Position numbers and translations under genes: made by a program | Shown: piece after piece, positions 17,037 through 27,139 of the stretch | Layout: each line of letters starts with the position of its first letter | Position numbering within the stretch: the first letter of the stretch is position 1 | Notes under the pieces: generated by a model | Told to the model about the DNA's origin: nothing | The model's input: only the letters and a program-made list of their open reading frames with translations | Databases searched by the model: none | Origin: a virus | Taxonomy: Duplodnaviria; Caudoviricetes | Length of the DNA: 45,064 nt | IMG/VR virus record: IMGVR_UViG_3300030207_005124 | Coordinates: 1 to 45,064 of that record | Reading direction: 5' to 3' (one strand)

Positions 17037-17129
17037 CCGGCAACCCGTCAGACGGAGGCCGCCATGTGACCGCGAGTGGCCTGTTGCATGACGGCGTGCC
17101 CGCGAAGCCGCCGCCTGCAACAGGTTCGC

Positions 17130-17263
17130 GGGTCCTTCCCCGGCGAAAGGCGTATACGGGCGGCAAGGGCGTGCGGTTTCGCTAGTGGGGGCCTCGGATT
17201 TTGATGCAACACCCGCAACGCGATGCAACAGGGCAGGGCAACAAACACGTTGCACCGCGCAAC
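17130..17263 (+). other. Lambda-like cos site (cosQ, cosN, cosB-like repeats)
   Basis: GGGTCCT at 17130-17136; TAC-GGGCGGCAAGGG-CGTG at about 17155-17173; GTTTCGCTA downstream; six GCAAC/GTTGC repeats at 17206-17263; immediately before the small terminase. Confidence 0.75.
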
Positions 17264-17851
17264 ATCGTCAGCGGTGGCGAGGCCGCGAAGCGGCTCGGCA
17301 TCAATCGCTCGACGCTCTCGCGCTATCTGAAAACCTACCCGGAGCTGAACCATTCGCGGATCGATGGAAAGATCGCCGTCGATCTCGATGAACTGGCGCA
17401 GCATCGCGGCGAAAACATCAACATGATGAAATCTGGCAACCATGCCGGTCGCGTATTTGACGAGCCCGCGCCGGCACCGTTGCTGCGCCCCGAGCCTCGA
17501 CCCCGCGAAATCGAAACCGAAGACGAGCCGGATGACGGCGGGCTCCAGGACGAGACGGTCGCGAAAATCCGTGCACGAGCGGAGCGGATCAAACTTAACA
17601 GGCTCGAACGCGAGGAAGCCGCTGAGACCGGGCAGCTCACACCGGCGGCGGAAGTCGAGGAAGCCATCGGCAACGCGCTCGTCAAACTGCGCGATGCCCT
17701 CATGTCGCCGGACCTCGACCTCTGCGAGAAGATTGCCTCAACTGCCGATCCTGCCGAAGTCACGAGCATTCTTCGCGAAGCGCACCGGAAGGTGCTGACC
17801 AAACTCTCGGAGGATTTCGAGAACGATGCTCAACGCGGAGGCGCTGCATAG
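17204..17851 (+). CDS. Terminase small subunit
   Basis: N-terminal HTH (EAAKRLGINRSTLSRYLK), coiled coil, position between cos and terL; start uncertain. Confidence 0.8.
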   Translation: MQHPQRDATGQGNKHVAPRNIVSGGEAAKRLGINRSTLSRYLKTYPELNHSRIDGKIAVDLDELAQHRGENINMMKSGNHAGRVFDEPAPAPLLRPEPRPREIETEDEPDDGGLQDETVAKIRARAERIKLNRLEREEAAETGQLTPAAEVEEAIGNALVKLRDALMSPDLDLCEKIASTADPAEVTSILREAHRKVLTKLSEDFENDAQRGGAA

Positions 17852-19892
17852 ACGCTTTCCGGGGCTTGCCTCCGGTCATGTGGTTGTTGCTCGTGTCTTC
17901 GCCGAATCTCTGCGGCCGCCGCCTGACCGCACTGTTGCGGAGTGGGCCGAAGAAAAGCGCCATGTCGCTCCTGAAAGCGGTTCGCCCGAACCGGGCAAGT
18001 GGCGCAACCAGCTCGTGCCCTATGGGATCGAGCCGATGGAGTGTCTATCGCCGAGTGATCCGGCGCGAGACGTAACGCTGAAATGGGCGCGGCAGACCGC
18101 AAAGACTGCTATCGGCGAAAACTTCTTCGGCTACACGGCGGATGAAGATCCGGCACCGATGCTGATCGTTTTGCCCTCGCTTGACGAGGGAAAGAAGTTC
18201 GTCAAGACGAAGCTTCAGCCGGCAATCGATGCGTCGCCAGCCCTGCGACACAAGGTGGCCGAACAGAAGAGCCGGACGGAGGACGGCTCAACCTCCGCCT
18301 TTAAGCGGTTTAGAGGCGGCTTTGCGCAGATCACGGGGGCGAACTCCTCCAAGGGCCTCCAGATGATCTCCGTCCGCCGTCTCTGGGGCGACGAGATCTC
18401 GGAATGGCCACGAGACACGGATGGCCGTGGCGATCCCATGGATCAGGCCATTGGTCGCACCACTGCCTGGACGCGGCGAGGCGTGAAGCGTCTCTGGACC
18501 TCGACTCCTGGCATGGACGGCGAATGCCGCATCACCGACTACTACGTCGCGTCCGATCAGCGCCGCTACTACGTGCCTTGTCCTGAATGCGGCATATTTC
18601 AGGTTCTTAAATTTGAGAATCTCAAGGCCGGAAAAGACGGTCTCGCGAAGGGCTGTTTCTTCCAGTGTGCCTCTGCGAACGGTTGCGTCATCGAGCACAA
18701 CAACAAGCGCGATATGGTCGCGAAAGGTGTCTGGCTCAAAACCTATAAGGACGACGACGGCAATAACCCGGCCCCACCAGAGACCTTGGGCGCAGACGAG
18801 ATCGCGGCTTGGCGCGGGAGGTCATCCAATGGGCGGCAGCCGGGCTTTCATATCTGGCAGGCCTATTCGCCCTTCGTCGACTGGGAAACGATCTACTCAA
18901 AATATCTCGCGTCGCGTGGAAAGCCCCTAAAGGAAAAGGACTTCTCACAGCAGGAGCTTGGCGAAGCGCATGTCGATCGTGGTGAAGCGCCAGATCATTC
19001 GAAGCTGCTCGGGGCTGTTCTGCCCTACCGCCTGCAGACGATCCCGCTGGGCGGCCTCGTTCTCACGATGGGCGCGGACGTGCAGGTCAACCGCCTCGAA
19101 TGGTCGGTCTATGCCTGGGGCGTGGCGCTCAGCTACTGGCTGGTCGACTTCGGCATCATCGAGGGCGACCCCGATACGGATGGACCGTGGCGCGCGCTGG
19201 ACAGCATCCGTGCCCGCAAATATGAGGACACATTCGGGCGGGCCTGGGGCATTGAAGCCTGCGGCGTCGATAGCGGATACAAGTCGCAACGCGTCTACAA
19301 CTATGCGCGCTCGCGCCCGCAGGTGCTTGCGACGGACGGCCGCGACGGATGGAATGTGCCGATTCTCGGCACGCCGAAGCGCGTCGATGTGACGGTGAGC
19401 GGCAAGTCGGCGAAGAACGGCGCCATGCTCTGGCCGGTCGGCACCTTCCAGGCGAAGAGTGAGCTTTACGGGTCGCTGCGCAAGACGATTGGCGGACCGG
19501 ACGACACCGGCATGCTGCCCCTCGGCGCAGGTCATTTCCCGGACGCCTGCGACGAGGCATTCTTCCGGCAGCTCACAGCGGAATCGCTCACCCTGAAGGA
19601 GATGCGGGACGGACGTTCGAAGCGGGTCTGGGTGAAACCCAAGGATCAGCCCAACGAGCAGCTCGATATGTGGGTCATCAACCGGGCGATGGCCTATCAC
19701 CTTCGTCTCGATCACTACGGCCAGGAAAAGTGGAAGCGCCTCGCCGAAGAACGGATGAGCGAGCCCGAGCAGCTCCAGCGCGACCTTGGCCGGTTATGGG
19801 CGCCGAACCCGGCCGAAGACACGCAGGCGAAAGAAGCCCGCGCGAAGTATCTCGACATGATGGAGCGCATGGCGCGCAATCTGAATTCATGA
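17826..19892 (+). CDS. Terminase large subunit (lambda GpA family)
   Basis: TVAEWAE, Walker A-like RQTAKT, WGDEISEWP, STPG, SDQRRYYVPCPECG, GADVQ, VDSGY, NEQLD. Confidence 0.95.
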   Translation: MLNAEALHRRFPGLASGHVVVARVFAESLRPPPDRTVAEWAEEKRHVAPESGSPEPGKWRNQLVPYGIEPMECLSPSDPARDVTLKWARQTAKTAIGENFFGYTADEDPAPMLIVLPSLDEGKKFVKTKLQPAIDASPALRHKVAEQKSRTEDGSTSAFKRFRGGFAQITGANSSKGLQMISVRRLWGDEISEWPRDTDGRGDPMDQAIGRTTAWTRRGVKRLWTSTPGMDGECRITDYYVASDQRRYYVPCPECGIFQVLKFENLKAGKDGLAKGCFFQCASANGCVIEHNNKRDMVAKGVWLKTYKDDDGNNPAPPETLGADEIAAWRGRSSNGRQPGFHIWQAYSPFVDWETIYSKYLASRGKPLKEKDFSQQELGEAHVDRGEAPDHSKLLGAVLPYRLQTIPLGGLVLTMGADVQVNRLEWSVYAWGVALSYWLVDFGIIEGDPDTDGPWRALDSIRARKYEDTFGRAWGIEACGVDSGYKSQRVYNYARSRPQVLATDGRDGWNVPILGTPKRVDVTVSGKSAKNGAMLWPVGTFQAKSELYGSLRKTIGGPDDTGMLPLGAGHFPDACDEAFFRQLTAESLTLKEMRDGRSKRVWVKPKDQPNEQLDMWVINRAMAYHLRLDHYGQEKWKRLAEERMSEPEQLQRDLGRLWAPNPAEDTQAKEARAKYLDMMERMARNLNS

Positions 19893-19929
19893 GTGAGCGG
19901 CGCACGGCGTGCGCCGGCAGGAGGAACAC

Positions 19930-20136
19930 ATGACCAAAGCCGAGATGCTGGCCGAGGCGATCGAGGCTCGGCACCGCCTGCTCAAAGGCGACCTGGAGGC
20001 CGAGATCCGCACGGCCGACGGCGAAAGCGTGAAATATGCCGCCGCCGATGTGACGCGTCTCGACAGCTACATCGCGGAGCTGGAGGCGGCAGTGACACCT
20101 TCTCGCCGTCCGCGCAGCATTCCGGTGTTCTACTGA
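19930..20136 (+). CDS. Head completion protein (gpW-like)
   Basis: ARHRLLKG..DGESVKYAAADVTRLDSYIAELE between terL and portal; GGAGG RBS. Confidence 0.85.
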   Translation: MTKAEMLAEAIEARHRLLKGDLEAEIRTADGESVKYAAADVTRLDSYIAELEAAVTPSRRPRSIPVFY

Positions 20137-21728
20137 TGCCGCGCGGTGCGTCCTCCATTATCGACAAATACGGGCAGCCGATGCGCGCCTCTGCGTCCGC
20201 TGGAAACGCGCCACTCAGTGCCTATCTCGCATCCTCGGCAACGGACCCTTCCGTGGCCGCCTGGCAGCCCCGTCTTGAAAGCGCGGACAGCGCGAATAGC
20301 TATGAGCGCGAGCGTATATCGTCTCGCGTTCACGATCTCGTCCGCAATGACGGCTGGGCATCCTCGGGCGTGCAGAAACTGGTCGACGCGGCCATCGGCG
20401 GCGGTTGGCGTCTGTCGTCGAAGCCGGACTGGTTCTTTCTTGGTCAGACCCGCGAATGGGCAAAGGAGTTTCGCGACCGGACGCAATCGCTCTGGGCGAT
20501 GCATGCGAATGATCCGCGCCGCTACATCGACTATGAGCGCAAGCTGGACTTCGCCGGGCTCATCGCCCTCAAGTTCCGGCATTGCTGCATCGATGCCGAG
20601 TCGCTGTCCGTCATGCGCTGGCGCGATCGGGGCGGCATGTTCGCCACTTGCGAACACGTCATCGATCCCGACCGCCTCTCGAATCCGAACTACCGAAGCG
20701 ATACGGAGTTTCTGCGTGGCGGCGTCGAACTCGACACAGACGGCGCGGCTATTGCCTATCACATCCGGTCCGCTCATCCCGGCGAGACCTATCGCGGCGC
20801 GCAGCGCGCGGTGTGGGAGCCGGTGGAGCGCGAGACGGAATGGGGCCGCCCGATCGTCATTCATCACTTCGAGCCTTCACGGGCCGGTGAAACGCGGCCC
20901 GTCTCGCCGCTGGCGCCCGTGCTCGCGAAATTCAAGATGCTCAATCGCTACGACACCGCGGAGCTGCAGGCTGCGATCCTGAATGCGATCTTTGCGGCCT
21001 TTCTCGAAAGCCCGTTCAGCGGCGAAGACATCGTCAATTCGATGGATGCCGTCACACAGTATCAGGATCTGCGCGAGGAAACCGCGAAGCGCACGGGTCT
21101 CAAGGTCGATGGCGTCCGCATCAACATGCTCGCGCCCGGCGAGAAGTTCTCGATGCCGCAGGCGACGCGTCCAGCCGTCGCCTTCGCGGCCTTCGAAGCG
21201 GCCTGCATCCGCAATATCGCCGGTGCCATGGGACTCTCCTACGAGCAGCTCGCGATGGACTGGTCGAAGACGAACTACTCCTCAGCCCGCGCGGCGCTGG
21301 TCGAGGTCTGGCGTTTCATTGCCGCGCGCCGTCAGCGCTTCGCGGCCGGCGCGGTCATGCCGCATTACATGGCGTGGATGGAAGAATGCTTCGACAAGGG
21401 GCTTCTCGAGTCACCGCCTGGCGCTCCGGGCTTTCACGAGGCACCCTACGCTTATCTCGGCTGCCGCTGGATCGGCCCGCCGCGCGGCTGGGTCGATCCG
21501 GTCAAGGAAGCCCAGGGCGCGCAGCTCCGCATGGAGAGCATGGTCTCGACGCTCGAGGACGAGTGCAACGAGCAGGGCCTCGACTACGAAGAGGTCATGG
21601 AACAGCGCGCGCAGGAATTGCAGGACATGAAGGACATGAACCTGCCCATTCCCGAGTGGGGCAGCGGCATTCCTCTCGCCTCGGCGGAGGTAGGGGGTAT
21701 CGACAGAGACGCAAGGAGCGACGGATGA
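20136..21728 (+). CDS. Portal protein (lambda family)
   Basis: RVHDLVRNDGWA, GGVELD..GAAIAYHI, GLSYEQLAMDWSKTNYSSARAAL, GWVDPVKE. Confidence 0.95.
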   Translation: MPRGASSIIDKYGQPMRASASAGNAPLSAYLASSATDPSVAAWQPRLESADSANSYERERISSRVHDLVRNDGWASSGVQKLVDAAIGGGWRLSSKPDWFFLGQTREWAKEFRDRTQSLWAMHANDPRRYIDYERKLDFAGLIALKFRHCCIDAESLSVMRWRDRGGMFATCEHVIDPDRLSNPNYRSDTEFLRGGVELDTDGAAIAYHIRSAHPGETYRGAQRAVWEPVERETEWGRPIVIHHFEPSRAGETRPVSPLAPVLAKFKMLNRYDTAELQAAILNAIFAAFLESPFSGEDIVNSMDAVTQYQDLREETAKRTGLKVDGVRINMLAPGEKFSMPQATRPAVAFAAFEAACIRNIAGAMGLSYEQLAMDWSKTNYSSARAALVEVWRFIAARRQRFAAGAVMPHYMAWMEECFDKGLLESPPGAPGFHEAPYAYLGCRWIGPPRGWVDPVKEAQGAQLRMESMVSTLEDECNEQGLDYEEVMEQRAQELQDMKDMNLPIPEWGSGIPLASAEVGGIDRDARSDG

Positions 21729-22582
21729 ATAGTCTCGTTTCCACTTCGCCGCGACCGGCGCTCTTGCATGAGGGCTACGCGCTGCAGCTGCAGCGCGTCG
21801 CTGAATTCCTGCGGGCGCCGGAGAAACACGGCATGTCGCGTTTCACCGGCGCTCGCGAAGGGCAGGACAAGCCGTTTGGCTATCGCGATGGGATCGCAGT
21901 GATCGGCGTGCAGGGTTGTCTGATCGACAAGATGGGATGGTGGGGTTCGTCCTGGGCCACGGGCTACAACGTCCTCAAGTGGCAGCTTACGGAAGCACAT
22001 GAGGACACCGAAGTGAAGGGCATCGCCCTCGACATCGACTCTTATGGTGGTCCTGTCTCCGCTTGTTTCGATTTCTGTGATTTCGCAATGGAGGCCAAGG
22101 CTGCGTCCGGAAAGCCTGTAGCCGCGATCCTCACCGAATGCGCATACAGCGCCGGTTATGCCGTGGCTTCGACGGCCGACACGATTGCCGTCCCGCGCAC
22201 GGGTGGCGTCGGTTCCATAGGCGTCGTCACGACGCATTGGGACCTCTCCGGCATGCTCGAAAAATACGGGGAGAAAGTCACCGTCATTCCAGCCGGCAAG
22301 CACAAGGCCGATGGCAATCCCTACGGCCCGCTGCCTGACGATGTACTCGCGCGCATCAGTGCGGAGGTTGAGGATCTGAGACAGCTCTTCGCAGCAACCG
22401 TTGTGCGTAACCGCGCCGGAGCCCCGATTGCTCCCGCGCTCGACCAGGTGCTGGCGACAGAAGCGCGCACCTATAGCGGCCCGGCGCAGCTCGCCGAAGC
22501 CGTGAAGCTCGGCCTCGCGGACGCGATCATGGCGCCCGCCGATGCCTTCTCGGCCTTTGCCGAACACGTCAACGCCGCCTGA
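21725..22582 (+). CDS. Capsid maturation protease (S49 family)
   Basis: LDIDSYGG, AYSAGYAVAS, GSIGV, AGKHKADGNPY. Confidence 0.92.
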   Translation: MNSLVSTSPRPALLHEGYALQLQRVAEFLRAPEKHGMSRFTGAREGQDKPFGYRDGIAVIGVQGCLIDKMGWWGSSWATGYNVLKWQLTEAHEDTEVKGIALDIDSYGGPVSACFDFCDFAMEAKAASGKPVAAILTECAYSAGYAVASTADTIAVPRTGGVGSIGVVTTHWDLSGMLEKYGEKVTVIPAGKHKADGNPYGPLPDDVLARISAEVEDLRQLFAATVVRNRAGAPIAPALDQVLATEARTYSGPAQLAEAVKLGLADAIMAPADAFSAFAEHVNAA

Positions 22583-22616
22583 CCTAAAGCCCGCGGCCAA
22601 CTCAAGGAACCGACCG

Positions 22617-23177
22617 ATGAAGTTCAATTTTGCTCAGCTCGTAGGTGCCAAGGGCGGCAAGGCGCCCACGGCGGAAACGCCTGCGAAAGACGAAGACGAG
22701 CCCGCCGCCGAGGACAAGGAAGACGACACGGTGGCGGAGGATGATGAAGAAAAGCCCGCCGCCGAGGACAAGGAAGACGACACGGTGGCGGAGGACGATG
22801 AAGACGAGCCTGACGCCGAAGACACGGAAGAGGAAAAGGCCGCCAATGCCGCTTCCAACAAGAAGCTCGGCGTCGAGAAGCGTGTTGCCGCCGCCCGTAA
22901 GGCTGGCCGTCTCGCCGAGCGCCGCCGCATCGGCACCATTCTGAGCGACAAGGCGGCAGCCGGGCGCATTGAAACGGCGCTCACGCTCGCCGTGAATACC
23001 GGCATGGACCCGAAGGCGGCCATTACCACGCTCAAGACGACTCCGAAGTCCGGGCGTCTTGCATCCGTCATGCCTGCCCGTGAGCCGAAGATCGGCGCAG
23101 ACAGCCCGACTGCCGATGACAAACGTGTTGCCGCCGCTGGCGCGCGCTACCGCGCCTCGCGCGGCCTCAAGGACTGA
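22617..23177 (+). CDS. Putative scaffolding protein with acidic repeats
   Basis: Acidic repeats then AERRRIGTIL..AAGR..ALTLA, resembling a protease C-terminal scaffold. Confidence 0.7.
   Translation: MKFNFAQLVGAKGGKAPTAETPAKDEDEPAAEDKEDDTVAEDDEEKPAAEDKEDDTVAEDDEDEPDAEDTEEEKAANAASNKKLGVEKRVAAARKAGRLAERRRIGTILSDKAAAGRIETALTLAVNTGMDPKAAITTLKTTPKSGRLASVMPAREPKIGADSPTADDKRVAAAGARYRASRGLKD
22700..22807 (+). repeat. 54-bp-period tandem repeat in the scaffold gene
   Basis: GCCCGCCGCCGAGGACAAGGAAGACGACACGGTGGCGGAGGA at 22700 and 22754. Confidence 0.9.
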
Positions 23178-23257
23178 CCAGTCTTCGGTTTGGCCGCGGG
23201 CTTCGCTCGCGGGCTCGCCGTGTATTTTCCCAAAACCTCTGACATAAGGAGAGCGCC

Positions 23258-23914
23258 ATGGACGGCCTCACCGAAACCGCCACGCTTGTGCGGTCCAATC
23301 TCGTGAACGGCGATTTCCCGCTGGTTCACAAGCCCTTCACCATCCTCGCTGGCCGCAGCCTTCTTCGCGGAGCGGTTCTCGGCCTCGTCCTGCTTGGTGC
23401 AGCAGAAGCGGCGGCAAATGGCGGCAACACCGGCGGCGGCACCTTGACGCTTGCTGAAACACCGCTCGGCAGTCTCGCCCGGCAGGGTGACTATGTGGTG
23501 ACCTGTATTGCCGAAGCGGGCAATGGCGGCACCTTCGCAGTCTTCGCACCGGATGGTACGCGCCTTGCCGACGCCGAGGTCGGCGTTGCCTATGTGAGCG
23601 ATCACGTCAATTTCACCATTGCCGATGTAGGCGAGGATTTCGATATTGACGATGGCTTTACCGTCACTGTGCCCGCGGGAAGCGGAAAAGCGGTCAAGGC
23701 CGTAAAGACCGCACTTGATGGCTCACAGCATCCGGTGGCAATCCTCGCAGCGGCCGTGGACGCGACCGATGAGGATGTTAAGGGGCCGGGCTATATCTCC
23801 GGTCAGTTCGATCCGACCGAACTCGATCTCACCGGCACGGGCTGGACCTCTGACACGATCGTTGCCGAGTTCGACGGCAAGCCGATCTTCCTGCGCGCGT
23901 CTGCCGCCGCCTGA
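23258..23914 (+). CDS. Head decoration protein
   Basis: GRSLLRGAVLG...DGSQHPVAIL..DAT...YISGQF; located before the major capsid gene. Confidence 0.85.
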   Translation: MDGLTETATLVRSNLVNGDFPLVHKPFTILAGRSLLRGAVLGLVLLGAAEAAANGGNTGGGTLTLAETPLGSLARQGDYVVTCIAEAGNGGTFAVFAPDGTRLADAEVGVAYVSDHVNFTIADVGEDFDIDDGFTVTVPAGSGKAVKAVKTALDGSQHPVAILAAAVDATDEDVKGPGYISGQFDPTELDLTGTGWTSDTIVAEFDGKPIFLRASAAA

Positions 23915-24011
23915 CCGGAGCCAAGGCTCCCGCCGCCGCCCGCGCGGCCAATCGCGGGCATCTTCTTTTCATTCCGATTGAAAGCGGCCTCATGCTGGGG
24001 CACGCGAACCC

Positions 24012-25049
24012 ATGGAGACCGCTATGACCGATGTGTTCACAACGCGCCAGCTTGTGAAGCTGGTCGAGGATGTGCGCCGTCCGCGTACCTTCCTTCTCGA
24101 CACCTTCTTTCCGGAGATCCAGACCTTCGACACGGAAGTGATCGACTTCGATCTGCTCACGACGGGCCGCAAGCTCGCGCCCTTCGTTTCGCCCTATGTG
24201 CAGGGTAAGCCGCGCAAGGAGCGTGGCTTCGTCACCAAGACCTTCAAGCCCGCATATGTGAAGCCCAAGACGCCGATCAAGATCGGCGGCGCGATGAAGC
24301 GTCGGCCCGGCGAGCGCATCGCCGGTGAGCGCACGCCGCAGGAGCGTCACGACGACGCCGTGATGGAGGCACTTGAAGATCATGTCGACGAGATCATCCG
24401 CCGCAAGGAATGGATGGCGGCGAAGGCCATGGATGCCGGCAAATACGATGTCGAGGGTGAGGATTTCCCGAAGCAGGAAATCGACTTCGGCCGTCACGAG
24501 GATCTGACCGTCACCCTCGCCGGTGGAGACCGCTGGGGGCAGGCGGGCGTCAAGGTGCTCGATACGATCGAGGCCTGGGCGCAGAATGTGCAGGACATTT
24601 CCGGCGCCGTCTCCAATCAGGTGGTGTTGGACCCCAAGGCTTGGCAGATGGCCCGAGTGGACGAAGACTTCCTCAAGCTGCTCGACAACCGCCGCCAGAT
24701 GACCGGCAGCGTCGAATTGGGTCCGGTCACGGCTCCGCTGACCGGCGCGCGCTATCTCGGCAATGTCGGCGATTTCGACTTCTGGTCCTATCAGGAGGTC
24801 TATGAAGACGAGGAGGGCAATGCGCAGAAGCTGTTGCCCGATTTTACCGTCTTCCTTGGTGGTGCCCAGATCGAAGGCGTTCAGGCCCATGGCGCGATCC
24901 AGGACCCGCGTGCGGGCCTGCAGGCCCTCGAGGTCTTCCCGAAGAACTGGATTGAAGAGGACCCGGCGCAAGAATTCGCCATGTCGCAGTCGGCGCCGCT
25001 CGTGATCCCGAGCCGTGTCAATGCAAGCTTCCGCGCCCGCGTGAACTGA
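24012..25049 (+). CDS. Major capsid protein (lambda E family)
   Basis: FLLDTFF, LAPFVSP, FKPAYVKPK, RRKEWMAA, SQSAPL. Confidence 0.95.
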   Translation: METAMTDVFTTRQLVKLVEDVRRPRTFLLDTFFPEIQTFDTEVIDFDLLTTGRKLAPFVSPYVQGKPRKERGFVTKTFKPAYVKPKTPIKIGGAMKRRPGERIAGERTPQERHDDAVMEALEDHVDEIIRRKEWMAAKAMDAGKYDVEGEDFPKQEIDFGRHEDLTVTLAGGDRWGQAGVKVLDTIEAWAQNVQDISGAVSNQVVLDPKAWQMARVDEDFLKLLDNRRQMTGSVELGPVTAPLTGARYLGNVGDFDFWSYQEVYEDEEGNAQKLLPDFTVFLGGAQIEGVQAHGAIQDPRAGLQALEVFPKNWIEEDPAQEFAMSQSAPLVIPSRVNASFRARVN

Positions 25050-25118
25050 CGCGCGCCACCTCGCCCGCGAACACAGATCGGCGCACGGCGTGCGCCGATC
25101 CTATCCTCTCCTTCATTC

Positions 25119-25703
25119 ATGGAGTCCATCATGGGCAAGACTGCATCCTCGTGCGAAGTGATCGCGCGCGAAACGATCTCGATGGGAGGCGAGCTTCACA
25201 AGCCCGGCTCCCGCCTTCTTTTTCCTGCCGATGAAGCGCAGCGTCTTGTCGATGCACAGGCAGCGGATTGGCCGGCTGCCGCCGATGTTCCAGCCGTCGC
25301 AATGTCAAAGCCTTCCGGTATCGATCTCATTGCAACGATCGGTCAGGCGATGCGCGCCATTGACCCTGCCGAAGGCGTGACCCCGGAAGGCAAGGCATCG
25401 CTTTATGCGCTTGCTCATCATCTCGGCTTCGAAGTGACGGCGGAGGAGCGCGATGCCGCCCATGCCGAGTTCTCCGGCAAGCGCGATCTCTTCACCGCTG
25501 CCCGCAAGCACGATTTCGGTGACCCACTGCTGAACGCCATTCGCGATCTCGATCCGGTGGCGGCGGCAAATTGGACGCAGGAAGGCAAGCCCTCCGCCAA
25601 TGCGCTTTCCGAAATCCTCAAGCGCCGCGTCGATGCCGATGAACGCGACGAAGTCTGGGTGAAATACCAGAAGGCCGTCGCGGAGCTTGTGGAAAAAAAG
25701 TGA
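25119..25703 (+). CDS. Head-associated / packaging accessory protein with an internal repeat
   Basis: Position after the capsid gene; two copies of a T.EGK.S..AL...V.A.ERD module. Confidence 0.65.
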   Translation: MESIMGKTASSCEVIARETISMGGELHKPGSRLLFPADEAQRLVDAQAADWPAAADVPAVAMSKPSGIDLIATIGQAMRAIDPAEGVTPEGKASLYALAHHLGFEVTAEERDAAHAEFSGKRDLFTAARKHDFGDPLLNAIRDLDPVAAANWTQEGKPSANALSEILKRRVDADERDEVWVKYQKAVAELVEKK

Positions 25704-26011
25704 GCGCCACTCGAGCACAAAAGGCGATCGACGCCGCCTTCCGGCACCACGGCGAAGATGCGTGGTATACGCCGGCAGGCGGCGACGGTCGCACCGTGCG
25801 GGTTCTGTTCAGGCATCCGGACACAATCGCCGAGGTGGTCGGTGAGCGGCGCTTCGGCGCTTCCCAGTTTATCGAACTGAGGAAGAGTGAGGTCGCCCAG
25901 CCGAAACAGGGCGATCTGATCGCAATCGATGGCAAGACCTACAAGCTTTCCCAGCCGACCCAACCCGACGACCACCGCCTGAAATGGCGTGCGGCGCTTA
26001 ATCCGGCCTGA
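25700..26011 (+). CDS. Head-tail joining protein
   Basis: GEDAWYTPAGG..VRV, PKQGDLIAIDG; size and position. Confidence 0.75.
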   Translation: MSATRAQKAIDAAFRHHGEDAWYTPAGGDGRTVRVLFRHPDTIAEVVGERRFGASQFIELRKSEVAQPKQGDLIAIDGKTYKLSQPTQPDDHRLKWRAALNPA

Positions 26012-26016
26012 CGGAC

Positions 26017-26670
26017 ATGCGTCTCAAGCTCGCCGTCAAAGGCGACCTGGTCCGCGCCATGAAGGCGGAAGAGGAGCGCATCGCAAGGTCCGTGACGGCG
26101 GCGGGCGATTCTGTTCTCGCATGGGTACAGGAAGAGTATCGTGAGCAGATTGAGCCGCTTCTCGGCCGCCGCGTGGCGAAAACGGTTCGCAAGAAGAGAT
26201 ACCCCTCAGCGGGCAATTCGATTGGCTGGGCCGGGCTCGTCTATTCCCGCGCAAACAAGGTGGTCGCCAACTGGCAGCATGGCGCGACGATCCACTCCGC
26301 TGACGGCTTCTTTCTGGCCATCCCCACGGCAGCGGCTCCAAAGAAAGGTGTTGGCGGGAAGCGGATTTCGCCGTCGAACTTTCCGGAACATTCACTGGGG
26401 CCTCTGCGCTTCGTCTATCGCAAGGGCAAGCCGGCTCTTCTGGTTGTCGACGAGCAGCGGGCGAGAAAGGGCAAGCGCGGCGGATTTGCGCGGGCCAGCG
26501 CAAGATCGCGCAAGACGGGCACCGGGCTTGTCACCGTTCCCATGTTTGTCCTGGTCCCGCTCGTTCGTGTGCCGAAAAAACTCTCGCTCGAGCGGGTGCA
26601 ATCCAGGGCGGGCCAACGCTTCCCGCGCCAGATCCGTCACAACCTCGAAACCTTTACGGCTGAGGAGTAG
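26017..26670 (+). CDS. Basic neck / tail completion protein
   Basis: GATI..GFFLAIPT..GPLRFVYR..VPMFVLVP; position in the neck cluster. Confidence 0.7.
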   Translation: MRLKLAVKGDLVRAMKAEEERIARSVTAAGDSVLAWVQEEYREQIEPLLGRRVAKTVRKKRYPSAGNSIGWAGLVYSRANKVVANWQHGATIHSADGFFLAIPTAAAPKKGVGGKRISPSNFPEHSLGPLRFVYRKGKPALLVVDEQRARKGKRGGFARASARSRKTGTGLVTVPMFVLVPLVRVPKKLSLERVQSRAGQRFPRQIRHNLETFTAEE

Positions 26671-26673
26671 CAC

Positions 26674-27120
26674 ATGCGCACGGGCGAAGCGGCGCTCGAA
26701 GCGCTGAAGGCGATACTTGCGCCGATTGATGCTGAAATCCCTCACGGAGCAGTTGTCCGAAATCCCGAGTCTGAACTGCCGGCGAACGAGGATGAGCGTT
26801 GGGTGCTCGCGATCCGCGACGGCGACACCGGGGAGCCCGAAGAGGCGCTCTCGCCGCCTTCCTATGAGTATCAGCACGAAGCTGCCATTGCGATCACCGT
26901 CGTGAAGCTCGGTGCCGATGACGCGGACGCGCTTTTCAGTTCGATAGTCGAGAAGGTCTCCGAACTGATCGACGCGGACCCGACGCTCGGCGGCGCAGTC
27001 GACTGGGCATCGCTCGGTGCGCTCAATACCGATGAAGTCGAGCAGGAAGTTCTCGCTGGTTTCAAGGCGGCGATCCTGCCCGTGACATTGCTCTACACAA
27101 CCACAAGCCGTCTCGGCTGA
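26674..27120 (+). CDS. Tail terminator-like protein
   Basis: RDGDTGEPE..LSPPSYEYQH..ADPTLGGAVD; precedes the tube gene. Confidence 0.7.
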   Translation: MRTGEAALEALKAILAPIDAEIPHGAVVRNPESELPANEDERWVLAIRDGDTGEPEEALSPPSYEYQHEAAIAITVVKLGADDADALFSSIVEKVSELIDADPTLGGAVDWASLGALNTDEVEQEVLAGFKAAILPVTLLYTTTSRLG

Positions 27121-27139
27121 ACCGCTTCAGGAGAACCAC

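Noticed and set aside
21725-23177. Protease-scaffold read-through fusion
   Set aside because: The two ORFs are in different frames and the scaffold has its own AAGGA RBS
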